In this document: positions 28,257 to 37,158 of the stretch, piece by piece
Layout: every line of letters starts with the position of its first letter
Position numbering within the stretch: position 1 is the first letter of the stretch
From: Myxococcota bacterium
Lineage (GTDB): Bacteria; Myxococcota_A; Polyangia; Polyangiales; Houyiibacteriaceae
NCBI GenBank assembly: GCA_039030515.1
Contig: JBCCEA010000031.1
Span: 1 to 45,209, forward strand
Direction of reading: 5' to 3'
Length of the DNA stretch: 45,209 bases
The notes under the pieces: generated by a model
Seen by the model: only the letters and a program-made list of their open reading frames with translations
What the model was told of the DNA's origin: nothing
Database searches by the model: none
Translations under genes and position numbers: made by a program

Positions 28257-28736
28257 ATGGGTGGCATCAATACCGGCGGCGGATCACACGGGGGCAAGAA
28301 GTCGCTCGATAGCGAAATCCCGCTCGTTCCCTTTATCGACCTTCTCCTTTGCTGCGTCATGTTTCTCCTCGTGACCGCAGTGTGGAACAAGCTTGCGCGC
28401 ATCGACGTTGATCAACAGCAGCCCGGTCAACCCCAGGCTACCGATACCCCCCCTCCCGACGAACGGGTTAAGCTGGTTTTGTCGGTCAAGAGTTCTGGCT
28501 ACACACTGGCCTCCACCGCTGGAGACAGTCTGGACATCGCGAAAAACGGCGAGAACTATGACATCACCGAACTGCGGGCCAAGCTCCAGGAGCGCAAAAG
28601 ACTGGAGCCAAACCGGCAAGATATCGTGGTGGCTCCCGAGGACGGCGTAGCATACATGCACGTGGTTGAAGCGATGGACATCTCAGTGGGTGAGGGCTTT
28701 CCGGAGATGAGCCTTTCTGACGGAGCTTCGCTCTAG
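28257..28736 (+). CDS. aglQ: ExbD/TolR family, AglQ-like
   Basis: Gly-rich start then KKSLD..I.LVPFIDLL...FLLVTAVW, as in myxobacterial AglQ. Confidence 0.7.
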   Translation: MGGINTGGGSHGGKKSLDSEIPLVPFIDLLLCCVMFLLVTAVWNKLARIDVDQQQPGQPQATDTPPPDERVKLVLSVKSSGYTLASTAGDSLDIAKNGENYDITELRAKLQERKRLEPNRQDIVVAPEDGVAYMHVVEAMDISVGEGFPEMSLSDGASL

Positions 28737-28801
28737 AGCATGTTCAGGCATTCCATGAGATCACGAACGTTAGAAAATCACGGCCTTTAGGAGATATCGC
28801 G

Positions 28802-29338
28802 ATGCCTATTCATCAGCCAGGGCGCGTACTGCTGCACAACATACCCTTGAAGTTTGTGCACGATCGCGTCGTGGGAGGGGGTAGAAAATCTCTCGACTCT
28901 TCGATCCCTCTAGTTCCCTTCATCGATTTTTTGATCACCCTAGTGGTCTTTTTGCTGATGTCTTTTTCGGCATCGGGCGAACTGATCGCCCAGAAACCGA
29001 GCATCACGATGCCGGAGGCTAGCAATGCGGTCGATCTTGAGGTGGCACCCGTGATCGCGGTCGACTCACAAGTCGTGACGCTCGACGGTCGACGTATGGC
29101 GAGTGCTACGGATCTCGCTGCCGCTGCCGAACTCGATAGAATCGATACTTTGGTGCAAGACTTAGAAACCTTGAAGCGCAACTGGAGCATCTTGCACCCG
29201 ACTGAGCCTTTTCCCGGCACCGTGATCCTCCAAGCCGATCGTGATGTGGACTATCGGGTCGTCAAGAAAGTGATGTTTTCCGCTGCCCAAGCCGGTTATT
29301 CGAATATCAGCTTTGCGGTGAACAAGGTGGGGGGATAG
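28802..29338 (+). CDS. aglS: ExbD/TolR family, AglS-like
   Basis: MPIHQPG start, PFIDFLITLVVFLLMSFSASGE and LQADRDV...KKVMFSAAQAGY. AGGAG RBS. Confidence 0.7.
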   Translation: MPIHQPGRVLLHNIPLKFVHDRVVGGGRKSLDSSIPLVPFIDFLITLVVFLLMSFSASGELIAQKPSITMPEASNAVDLEVAPVIAVDSQVVTLDGRRMASATDLAAAAELDRIDTLVQDLETLKRNWSILHPTEPFPGTVILQADRDVDYRVVKKVMFSAAQAGYSNISFAVNKVGG

Positions 29339-29393
29339 ACGATGCGTTCCTGTCGACCTCTACATCGACCCGCTCGCGCAGGCTCCTAAATCA

Positions 29394-30398
29394 GTGTTCC
29401 ATCGGCCCCCGGACGATGAGTCGGGTTCCCGTAGTTCGACGCTGTCAGCGACGACTTCAGAGCCTTTTCCGCCGGAGCATCCCGAGATCGAAATCGTGAA
29501 AAACCGCGCTGCGGAGATCGACCGGGGCGAGCCTTTGCAGCCTGCCCGTCTGGAGCCACGTCACTCTTTCGGCAGAGCTCTGCCCTGGAAGCAAATTGCC
29601 GCAGGGATAACCCTATTGACGCTCGTGACGGGTGGATACGTCTACCGAGCGCGTCAGGAACGCGAGAATTTGAGATCGGAGTTGCGCGCTGCCTACGAAG
29701 AACAGCTTGAGGCACCCCGAGTGCGCGTTCAGGCATTTCGCGATCAGCTCATTGCCTGGATACAAGAAGCGGGACAACGGCCACCGAGTCCCTGGGCCGA
29801 TCGGCGTCTCAATCTTTCAAATCTCCACGATGCTGCCGGGCTCTATCTCCGGCTCCATGCGGCAGACACTCAGACCGCAAAGTCGATCGTCTCTGGTGCG
29901 ATGGCGATGGCCCCAGATGCGATCACACGATGCTTGGGTTTGGCCCCCACATCGGTCCGTGGCCTATTCGAACGAAGTGGTTTTCTGCAGCCTGAGTGGC
30001 TGAAGCGCATCGATGATGCAGACAGTCTCATGAAGTTGCGGGTCGTTCAGGACGAGCTCACCCGTCGAATCGAACGTGACCTGCCTCTTCTCGCGAATAT
30101 CATTCAGAGTGACTATTTTTTGTTGACGATTCAGCATGGCGAGCAGCGTAGAGATGCGCCAGTGGATGTGTTTCTGTGGGACTTGCGCCAAAGCCAGGCG
30201 CTCCTTCGCGTTCGCACCCAGGCCTCCGGTGTTCTTCTGCCTGTTCACATCGCTGGCACGCCGCCCAGTTTAGTTCGGCCTCGGCTCGATTCAGGAGCAG
30301 CCAACGATTGTTCCATCGCCACTCAGGTAAAGCAGCTTACCGGGGAATTCTCGGTGGATGTCTCCTCCAGGCCACCCTCTCGTCTTGAGGCACAGTAA
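29394..30398 (+). CDS. Hypothetical single-TM protein
   Basis: 334-aa ORF with one TM (IAAGITLLTLVTGGYVY), co-oriented after the triad and ending at a terminator. Confidence 0.7.
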   Translation: MFHRPPDDESGSRSSTLSATTSEPFPPEHPEIEIVKNRAAEIDRGEPLQPARLEPRHSFGRALPWKQIAAGITLLTLVTGGYVYRARQERENLRSELRAAYEEQLEAPRVRVQAFRDQLIAWIQEAGQRPPSPWADRRLNLSNLHDAAGLYLRLHAADTQTAKSIVSGAMAMAPDAITRCLGLAPTSVRGLFERSGFLQPEWLKRIDDADSLMKLRVVQDELTRRIERDLPLLANIIQSDYFLLTIQHGEQRRDAPVDVFLWDLRQSQALLRVRTQASGVLLPVHIAGTPPSLVRPRLDSGAANDCSIATQVKQLTGEFSVDVSSRPPSRLEAQ

Positions 30399-30402
30399 CA
30401 TC

Positions 30403-30425
30403 CGAAAAGACCCGAAGGTTTTTCG
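30403..30425. terminator. Probable bidirectional terminator
   Basis: CGAAAAGACC-CGAA-GGTTTTTCG hairpin between convergent genes. Confidence 0.6.
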
Positions 30426-30428
30426 TGC

Positions 30429-32042
30429 CTAAGGAGTGCTGAAATCAGACTCCAACTCCCGGAGGATGTCGTCAAGCGATTCACCTTCGGCCGGGTCTGA
30501 TTCATCCTCAAACTCTTGGAACAGTTCGTCTAAAGACTCCGAAGACTCTTCGGTGCTCGATGCGGTTTCTTCCTCGGTTTTCGCGGCCGGCCCTCCGACT
30601 GCAGGTTCAAATTCGAAAATCTCTTCGCCTTCATGCAGGCTCATCAAAGCCGTCACGACGCCTCGACGTTGGCATCGACGCACCCGCTCGGTGTTTTCCT
30701 CGGTCGGCGGATCCAGGCTGCAGATTTGGCCGAATAGCCCTTCTTCACATTCAGCATCTGAGGTGCAAACCGTACCTTCTCCGGCGTTCCACAGGTACGC
30801 TTCTCCATAGGTGGTCAGCGCGAGCGCCACAAGCAGCAGTGCGATGAACGGCAGCACCGCTCGGTAGAGTAGGGTGACCGGTTTTTCGAACCTGAAACTC
30901 GCGATGAACAGGTTGAGGCCGACAGGAGGCGTCAAGTATCCGATTTCGAGATTGAGCAGAAAGACGATGCCGAGGTGGTAGGGATCGATTCCGAAGTAAT
31001 TCGCGATGGGCACTACCAATGGAACAACCACGACGATCGCGGAGAATATATCCATCAGCATTCCTACGAGGATCAGAAATACGTTTAGCGCTAGCAGAAA
31101 GGTGAAGGGGTCTTTGACCATGACCTCCATCGACTCGAGCAGTTTTTGAGGTACCTCTGCCTGGACTAGAAACGCGGTAAATCCAATGGCGGTAGCCAAG
31201 ATCAACATGATCGCGCCCACCAACGTCATCGAATCTCGGATCACCTGTGGTAGGCGCCGAGGCGCGATGTCTCGGTAGACGAACACTTCGATCATCAAGA
31301 CGTATACTGCGGTAAAAGCGGCTGCCTCGTGGATTCGGAGCACGCCCGCGACCATGCTGCCGATCAGGACGACCGGGAGCAACAGTTCCCACTTGGCGTC
31401 CCAGAGTGCAGCGGCTGCTTCTTTGGCTTCGAAGGCGCGCACCGGCATCTGATGACGAAGGCCGACGAACACAGAATAGGTCCCGAGCGCGACTAGGGTA
31501 AGCAACCCGGGCAGAAACCCACCGTAAAAGAGTTTTTCGATCAAAACACCCGCGACGACTCCGTAGAGAATCACGGGCACGCTGGGGGGGAAGAGCAGCC
31601 CTAAGGATCCGCCGGTTGTTACCATCCCGAGCGAAAACTTTTCCTCGTATCCAGACTGCCTCAGCGCAGGAAAGAGCAGTCCTCCGATCGCCACAATCGT
31701 GATGCCGCTACCGCCGGTAAAGGTGGTGAAAAATGCCGAAGACAGGAGTGCGACGATGGCTAACCCTCCCGGAAGCCAGCCGATGATGGCGCTCGAAAGC
31801 CTCACCAACCGCTTGGGCGTTCCGCTTTCGGCCATGAGGTATCCCGAGAAAGTAAAGAGCGGTATCGTGATCAGCAGCAGCGAATTGGCGAATTTTTCTC
31901 CAAAAACGTCATTGGCGGCCCCCGTGATCGGGGTGTTTTCTAGCCCGTGAAAGAGCATCATCGAAGCCGCGCCGAAGATCGCGAAGAGCGGCACGCCGAT
32001 GAGGGCGAGAATGATGAACGCGGCGATAGCAATGCCAGACAT
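30429..32042 (-). CDS. dctM: TRAP transporter large permease with Cys-rich and acidic C-terminal extension
   Basis: TIPLFTFSG, GSLGLLFPPS, IDPYHLGI and EIGYLTPPVGLNLF motifs. Confidence 0.93.
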   Translation of the reverse strand: MSGIAIAAFIILALIGVPLFAIFGAASMMLFHGLENTPITGAANDVFGEKFANSLLLITIPLFTFSGYLMAESGTPKRLVRLSSAIIGWLPGGLAIVALLSSAFFTTFTGGSGITIVAIGGLLFPALRQSGYEEKFSLGMVTTGGSLGLLFPPSVPVILYGVVAGVLIEKLFYGGFLPGLLTLVALGTYSVFVGLRHQMPVRAFEAKEAAAALWDAKWELLLPVVLIGSMVAGVLRIHEAAAFTAVYVLMIEVFVYRDIAPRRLPQVIRDSMTLVGAIMLILATAIGFTAFLVQAEVPQKLLESMEVMVKDPFTFLLALNVFLILVGMLMDIFSAIVVVVPLVVPIANYFGIDPYHLGIVFLLNLEIGYLTPPVGLNLFIASFRFEKPVTLLYRAVLPFIALLLVALALTTYGEAYLWNAGEGTVCTSDAECEEGLFGQICSLDPPTEENTERVRRCQRRGVVTALMSLHEGEEIFEFEPAVGGPAAKTEEETASSTEESSESLDELFQEFEDESDPAEGESLDDILRELESDFSTP

Positions 32043-32876
32043 TTATTGCGACTCCTCCGAGTGAGCCTCTCTCTCTGGGTCGGTATTCTCTGGGGAGCGA
32101 GTGGGTGTTCCCGAAGTGGACAGCGCGCCTAAGCCTCTCGCCAAGAATCGGCCTCCGATGATGAGGAACATGAGCGGCATCATCAGATGCGAAGCCGACT
32201 CGGGAGATCCAATAACCTCAATCCGACGCACTTCTCCGGTTGCATTCCCTGACGCTTCTAGAACAGGTTCGGAATGATGCGCTCCTAATGCACTCAACGC
32301 TGCCCGGACTCCACAAAACACAGACGGACGATTTCGCGCCTCCCTACATTCTTCGGGGCTTCCTAAACAACCCTCTCGCCATACCTGATGTCTCGCGAGC
32401 TCTTCGTCCGAAACGTCACAAACGTGTTCTGCGTTGCCGTCTACCAGCACTTGGTAGTCAAAGGGCTGCTCGCTAGCACTCGTCTGTAGCGTTGCGATCC
32501 AAAAAACAGCTGCCAGTCCAAGAGCGCTGATGCCCGCCACGACGCTCGTGAAGAACCTAATCCACTTTTGTCCTGTAGGAGGCGCTACCCGAGACAGTAC
32601 GTCGATCGCGATGTGCTTTTCGTGATAGGCCGCGAGGGATGCTCCTAGAAAGGCAAGCCAAACCGTTCCTTTTTTCAGCAGTGGGTCGATCCATTGGAGT
32701 GCGGAGAGCGCTTCGTTTGCCCAGTCCACCCCAAAATCGGTCAGGTTTCTGAAGAAAGCCTGCGTTGCGGCTGCAAATACCATGGTGAGCAAGACGGCGG
32801 CCGCCAGGGCAGCCTCCCCTCGTGCAAGCCCCTCATCTAAGCGACGTAGGGTCCTCAATCCATACCTCCAACTCAA
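32043..32876 (-). CDS. dctQ: TRAP transporter small permease with Cys-rich insert
   Basis: VWLAFLGASLA..KHIAID motif and four TMs. Abuts dctM. Confidence 0.85.
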   Translation of the reverse strand: MSWRYGLRTLRRLDEGLARGEAALAAAVLLTMVFAAATQAFFRNLTDFGVDWANEALSALQWIDPLLKKGTVWLAFLGASLAAYHEKHIAIDVLSRVAPPTGQKWIRFFTSVVAGISALGLAAVFWIATLQTSASEQPFDYQVLVDGNAEHVCDVSDEELARHQVWREGCLGSPEECREARNRPSVFCGVRAALSALGAHHSEPVLEASGNATGEVRRIEVIGSPESASHLMMPLMFLIIGGRFLARGLGALSTSGTPTRSPENTDPEREAHSEESQ

Positions 32877-33059
32877 CTCTCATCTCCCGCTTGCATTAAG
32901 CAGGTTCCTTTTGCAGGCAGAAGCGTGTATCGAGCTTTCGCATGCCGTCCATCGTGGGCTAGGACACGTCGATTCACGAACGCTCTCATTCCTGTCGGTT
33001 CGCGGTCTTCAGCTAGTGACTTTTGAGCCCGGGAACACCTTTGTGCCTATGAATCTAGT

Positions 33060-34070
33060 CTAGTGATCTCCAGCGGCGGCAGATTGAACGCGTCTAAGCA
33101 GCTCAGCCGAAAACAGCTGTCCGACGAGACGCTGCCGTGTTTGTCGGGCAGCTTGCTCCCATTCCGTTCGATGCGCCTCGATACTCACGGCTGAAATACC
33201 TCGCTCGAGTACCGTCTGGTATGCGCGATCGTCATCGCGGCGAATGGCGCGGGTCAGCAGAGAATGCGCTCGAGCCGCGGTTTCGACGACTGCTTGGCGG
33301 TGCTCTGGGCTTAGCGCATCAAGCCGCGCTTTCTTGAGCAAGGTCGCCCCAACGATGATCGAGCTGTTTTGCTCGGTCACGTATCGAAGTCGCGTGTGCC
33401 ACTGCAGGCTTACGGCCGCAAGCGCCGATGCGGGGACCGCATTGACCTGTCCGGTCTGCAGTGCGGGGTAGACCTCCGGAACGCCCAGCCGGACTGGATT
33501 GGCCCCGATTACCTCTAAAAAAGTACCGAAGATCTGGTCTTCTCTCCACGCCCAAGGCCGCTGTCGAGTGAGATCGACGGGGCGTCGCAGCGGCTCCTTG
33601 GAGAAAATACGCGCCTTGCCGACGTCCCCCCAGCCCAGCAACACGTAGCCGTTACTCGTGAACAGCTCTTCGAGTTCGCCCTGCATCGCTCCGCGAATTT
33701 TGTCGATCTGCTCGTATCTCTCGGCAACCCCTGGAGCTGCTAAAACCAATATCGGGCGGGCAATCTGACTCAGGCCGGTTGTTGTGACCGCGGCCCCGTC
33801 CATCTGCCCGGCCTCCATCTTCTGAACAAAGTCGCGCTCATCCCCCTGCACTCCACCTGGGTAAAACTGTAGCTGAACCGCATTCTCGGTCCGAGTCTTC
33901 AGCTCCTGATTCCATGCGTTAAACACGCGCATCCAGGTGGAACCACGTGGGGCAAGCGTTGCAATACGCAGACGAGTGATCTCCTGTGCTCCTGCCAACC
34001 AAGCGTCGGGAAAGGGCATGAGTGCTGCGATCATGCTGAAAAGAGCGGCCCACAGTAGCGGTCGTTTCAT
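33060..34070 (-). CDS. dctP: TRAP substrate-binding protein (TatP-type)
   Basis: Signal peptide, IATLAPRGSTW, YPGGVQGDE and EVYPALQTG motifs. GGAG RBS. Confidence 0.92.
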   Translation of the reverse strand: MKRPLLWAALFSMIAALMPFPDAWLAGAQEITRLRIATLAPRGSTWMRVFNAWNQELKTRTENAVQLQFYPGGVQGDERDFVQKMEAGQMDGAAVTTTGLSQIARPILVLAAPGVAERYEQIDKIRGAMQGELEELFTSNGYVLLGWGDVGKARIFSKEPLRRPVDLTRQRPWAWREDQIFGTFLEVIGANPVRLGVPEVYPALQTGQVNAVPASALAAVSLQWHTRLRYVTEQNSSIIVGATLLKKARLDALSPEHRQAVVETAARAHSLLTRAIRRDDDRAYQTVLERGISAVSIEAHRTEWEQAARQTRQRLVGQLFSAELLRRVQSAAAGDH

Positions 34071-34361
34071 CTGCGTCTCCCGGGCCCTACTTGCTCCGTG
34101 GGCCTTCTAAAACGAACTTCTCACCAGCTTCGACGAGGAGGCTGGCGCGCGTATTCAGTCTCCGTCAGCACACCGACTAGCGCGCACGTCGGTGTGCGTC
34201 CAGCAAAGCACCCAGATTCGCCAGCAAACCGTTCCCGGTCGGATTTTGGCGGGTCTTGGTGTCGCATAGGTGGCTGGCGATCGAGTCGACGCATGCTGCA
34301 GTAGGGCATCTCCAGGTGTGCAGATCTCGACAATGTCGGTGTTCCAAACTCAAGGTGGTTT

Positions 34362-35435
34362 TCAGAAGAAATCGTTGATCCGTCGCAGCAGGCGCTCCGC
34401 ACGCCGCTTGGCGAGAATATTAGACAATCGACGCTCTGGAGCGATGTCTCCGGCCTCAAGGACTTCACTGAGAACGGAGACAAATAAATCTCGGTCTCGG
34501 CTCTTGATGGCATAGCTTTTGGCATAGCTGAGCAAGGTCAGTAGGGAGCGCCGTTCCGTTTGTTCGATCGCCTGATCGAACAATACTTTTGCCTTGTCGA
34601 GATCGCCTCCAAGCGACTCCGCCTCCACGACGGCCAAAAAGGTGATGCCGGCTGCGTACTCGTATTCAGGATCCAGCGCGACAGAGCGCTCCACAAGGGC
34701 CCGCGCGAAGGGTAGGTCTGCAACTAGGGCCATATCGTTGGTTGCCGAGTTGATAGCGGATCCCCAGGCGTAACCCGCCCACAGCAACATCTCTGCATCT
34801 TCGCGATCTCGGAAGTTTCGCTTCAGCCACGTTTCGAAGGGCTCTAAGCCTTGTCGAATCCGTTCGTCCATACCCTCGGCGTGGAGACCCATCTGATGTT
34901 GCGCGACGTCGCGCGCTCGCAAGTAGAGTAGCTTTGCTCTGTCTAGTCCCGCTTCGTAGGCGAGGTAGTCGCCGCGGGCATCGGCTTCGAGCGCTTCGTC
35001 TTCGACCCATCCGTAGCCGTAGGCCACATAGGCTTTGACCAAGAGCGAAAGGTAGATTTCGTTATCGGGAACCACCCGAAGCAGTCCCTCTAACTGCATG
35101 ATGCTCGCTGGAAGTGCGTCTCCTGCCAGCTCGTAGTCCCACATGCCCTCGGAGGCTGAGGAGGCGCGTTCAAATAGACCTGCCGTCGAGTTCGCCGTGA
35201 AGCGGGTCAGATCGCAACCGGTGAGACCCGCTGCGGTGACGAGCATCAGTGCGGCGATCCGTTTTCTGCCCGCCGATATTGCTCTACCCGTCTTGGCCTT
35301 ATCGGCTACGGCTCTTTTGGCTGGTGTTCTGACGGACGGGGTCGCGCCCAATGACATAGTCTCGGCTGAGCTTCGCATAGGACGCATAGCTATGCGGATG
35401 GTCTGTGCGTTGTCAATCCAGGTTGTGAGAACCAC
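34362..35435 (-). CDS. tatT: TRAP transporter TatT (T-component) lipoprotein
   Basis: LTGC lipobox, DYELAGDALP...EGLL, AYVAYGYGWVED, LGGDLDKAK..F and N.LAKRRA. Upstream of dctPQM. The true start is probably downstream of 35435. Confidence 0.85.
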   Translation of the reverse strand: MVLTTWIDNAQTIRIAMRPMRSSAETMSLGATPSVRTPAKRAVADKAKTGRAISAGRKRIAALMLVTAAGLTGCDLTRFTANSTAGLFERASSASEGMWDYELAGDALPASIMQLEGLLRVVPDNEIYLSLLVKAYVAYGYGWVEDEALEADARGDYLAYEAGLDRAKLLYLRARDVAQHQMGLHAEGMDERIRQGLEPFETWLKRNFRDREDAEMLLWAGYAWGSAINSATNDMALVADLPFARALVERSVALDPEYEYAAGITFLAVVEAESLGGDLDKAKVLFDQAIEQTERRSLLTLLSYAKSYAIKSRDRDLFVSVLSEVLEAGDIAPERRLSNILAKRRAERLLRRINDFF

Positions 35436-35511
35436 GTCCGCAAAATTGCGTCTCGGGGTTTATCGCGTGCCGACTAGGTTACCCACCGTCACCTTGCAGA
35501 AGTAGCCGACC

Positions 35512-36051
35512 ATGCATATGGCTGAGGACCGAATGCGCAGTGTCGTGAAGGAAGCGGGCGTCTTGATGACGGTTTCGGTGGTCACAGCCACCGTCCTAGT
35601 GGCGATCCGTGGCCCTGCACAACCGACTGTTCAGGCAGCTGCAGTGTGCGGTGCAGAAGTACAAGGGTCGCTACCGGTTCCAGCCTTTTTATGGATTGCT
35701 CCAAAGGACGCTCAAACGCACCATCAGCAAGGCACGGCCCTGTTTCTCGATGCACGTAGCGATCGCGAGTTTGCACTAGGGCACATCGCGGGAGCGTTTC
35801 ATGTTTCCATCGATCATGGCGTTCTGCCTACGAGCGCTCTCGATCTTGTCCGGGACGATCTCGTCGTCATCGCCTACTGCGATACCTCTAACGGTTGTGC
35901 CCGCTCTACACGACTTGCCGGTCTACTGTCTCATGCCGGTGCTGCCTCGGTTCGCGTTCTCGAAGGGGGAATGCCGTCTTGGATCGACCTCGGCTATGCT
36001 GCGGAAGCGGGACCATGTCGAAGCTGCTTGGATTCTTCAAAAGCCCCCTAG
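35512..36051 (+). CDS. Membrane-anchored rhodanese-like domain protein
   Basis: FLDARS..EF..GHIAGA, YCD...C..S and VLEGGM..W motifs, with an N-terminal TM. Confidence 0.85.
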   Translation: MHMAEDRMRSVVKEAGVLMTVSVVTATVLVAIRGPAQPTVQAAAVCGAEVQGSLPVPAFLWIAPKDAQTHHQQGTALFLDARSDREFALGHIAGAFHVSIDHGVLPTSALDLVRDDLVVIAYCDTSNGCARSTRLAGLLSHAGAASVRVLEGGMPSWIDLGYAAEAGPCRSCLDSSKAP

Positions 36052-36506
36052 GTGCTTGCCTCACGCTGCTCAGTCGGTTGATCGTCGCGACTGTGTTCGC
36101 GTTTGCTGGCTGGCCTAAACTTCTGGAGCCGGACGCCTTTGCGGAGTCGATCCTGAACTACAATCTAGTTTCCCCAAATGCGGCATCCCTGATCGCTTCG
36201 TTCCTGCCGACTCTTGAGCTTACGGTGGCGGCCTCTCTACTGAGCGGCGTAGGTGCGCGAGGTGCTTCTGCGCTCGCCGCCGGAATGTTGTCGATGTTTT
36301 CACTGGCGATCGGGCAAGCGATCTTTCGAGGTATCGACATTGATTGTGGGTGTTTTGGTGACGCCTCGAGCTCTAGCGCAGATTGGACGGGGCTCGTCCG
36401 CAACGCCTTGCTGATCTTGCTCGCTCTTGTCGGCATGCTCGGCCCCGCGACCCTTCTGAACACCTTAGGTCTCCTCGGATTGCGGAGTAAATCCCCGCGA
36501 GAGTGA
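36015..36506 (+). CDS. MauE/DoxX family membrane protein
   Basis: FAGWPKL.P..F...I.NY, LPTLEL, IDIDCGCFG and RN motifs. ATG at 36015 overlaps the end of the rhodanese gene. Confidence 0.87.
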   Translation: MSKLLGFFKSPLGACLTLLSRLIVATVFAFAGWPKLLEPDAFAESILNYNLVSPNAASLIASFLPTLELTVAASLLSGVGARGASALAAGMLSMFSLAIGQAIFRGIDIDCGCFGDASSSSADWTGLVRNALLILLALVGMLGPATLLNTLGLLGLRSKSPRE

Positions 36507-36583
36507 CGAAACTTCGGTAGGAAATGTAGCCAGTTAAAACCCCGGCTTGACCACAGACCGGCTCGATACGCATCCTTTAAACG

Positions 36584-37150
36584 ATGATTGTACGGTTCTT
36601 ACGGCTGGCTTGCTTGATTCTGATCCCCACCGCACTGAGTGAAACCGCGCTGGCGACGCTAATCCAGGTCATGGACTGGGAAGACTTGGTTGAGCGCAGC
36701 CCGATGATCGTCGTTGCCGAAGTTCAGAGTCGAGACGCTCATTGGGACGATCGGTCTCGAATCGTAACGGACGTAACGCTCCAGGTGACCCAGCATTTGC
36801 GGGGAGCGACCGCTGCCGGCGGCATGATTCAGGTGCGGTGCCTTGGAGGATCGGTCGGTGATGTGGCGATGCATGTGGAGGGGGAGCCCAGTTTTGAAGC
36901 GTCCGAATACCTGCTTTTTGCCTATCGCGACAGCGAGAATCACTGGCGGACTACCGGGATGTCCCAGGGGGTCATGGAGATCGACCGCAGATCGGGTGAA
37001 CCTTTCGTGATTCCCGGAGGAGGCGGGCTTGCCCTCACCCAGCGAGTGGGAGGCCGTCTCGCTCCTGCGCAGGCTGCTCTAACAAAGCCTACCCCGATGC
37101 GAGAAGTGCTCACGAGGGTACGCTCGTCGATTTCGCGAGAGGGTGACTGA
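36584..37150 (+). CDS. Secreted hypothetical protein preceding the metalloprotease
   Basis: Signal peptide, LVERS..IV..EV, GGSVG...HVEGEPSF and GMSQG. Confidence 0.75.
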   Translation: MIVRFLRLACLILIPTALSETALATLIQVMDWEDLVERSPMIVVAEVQSRDAHWDDRSRIVTDVTLQVTQHLRGATAAGGMIQVRCLGGSVGDVAMHVEGEPSFEASEYLLFAYRDSENHWRTTGMSQGVMEIDRRSGEPFVIPGGGGLALTQRVGGRLAPAQAALTKPTPMREVLTRVRSSISREGD

Positions 37151-37158
37151 GGCGTCGA

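Noticed and set aside
25185..29338. Canonical Tol-Pal or flagellar MotAB
   Set aside because: No tolA, tolB or pal is present, each operon has two TolR-like genes, and none has a MotB OmpA-like domain.
35895..36506. Methylamine utilisation (mau) cluster
   Set aside because: Only a MauE-like gene is present, with no mauA, mauB, mauD or mauG. The ORF-track start is also over-extended.
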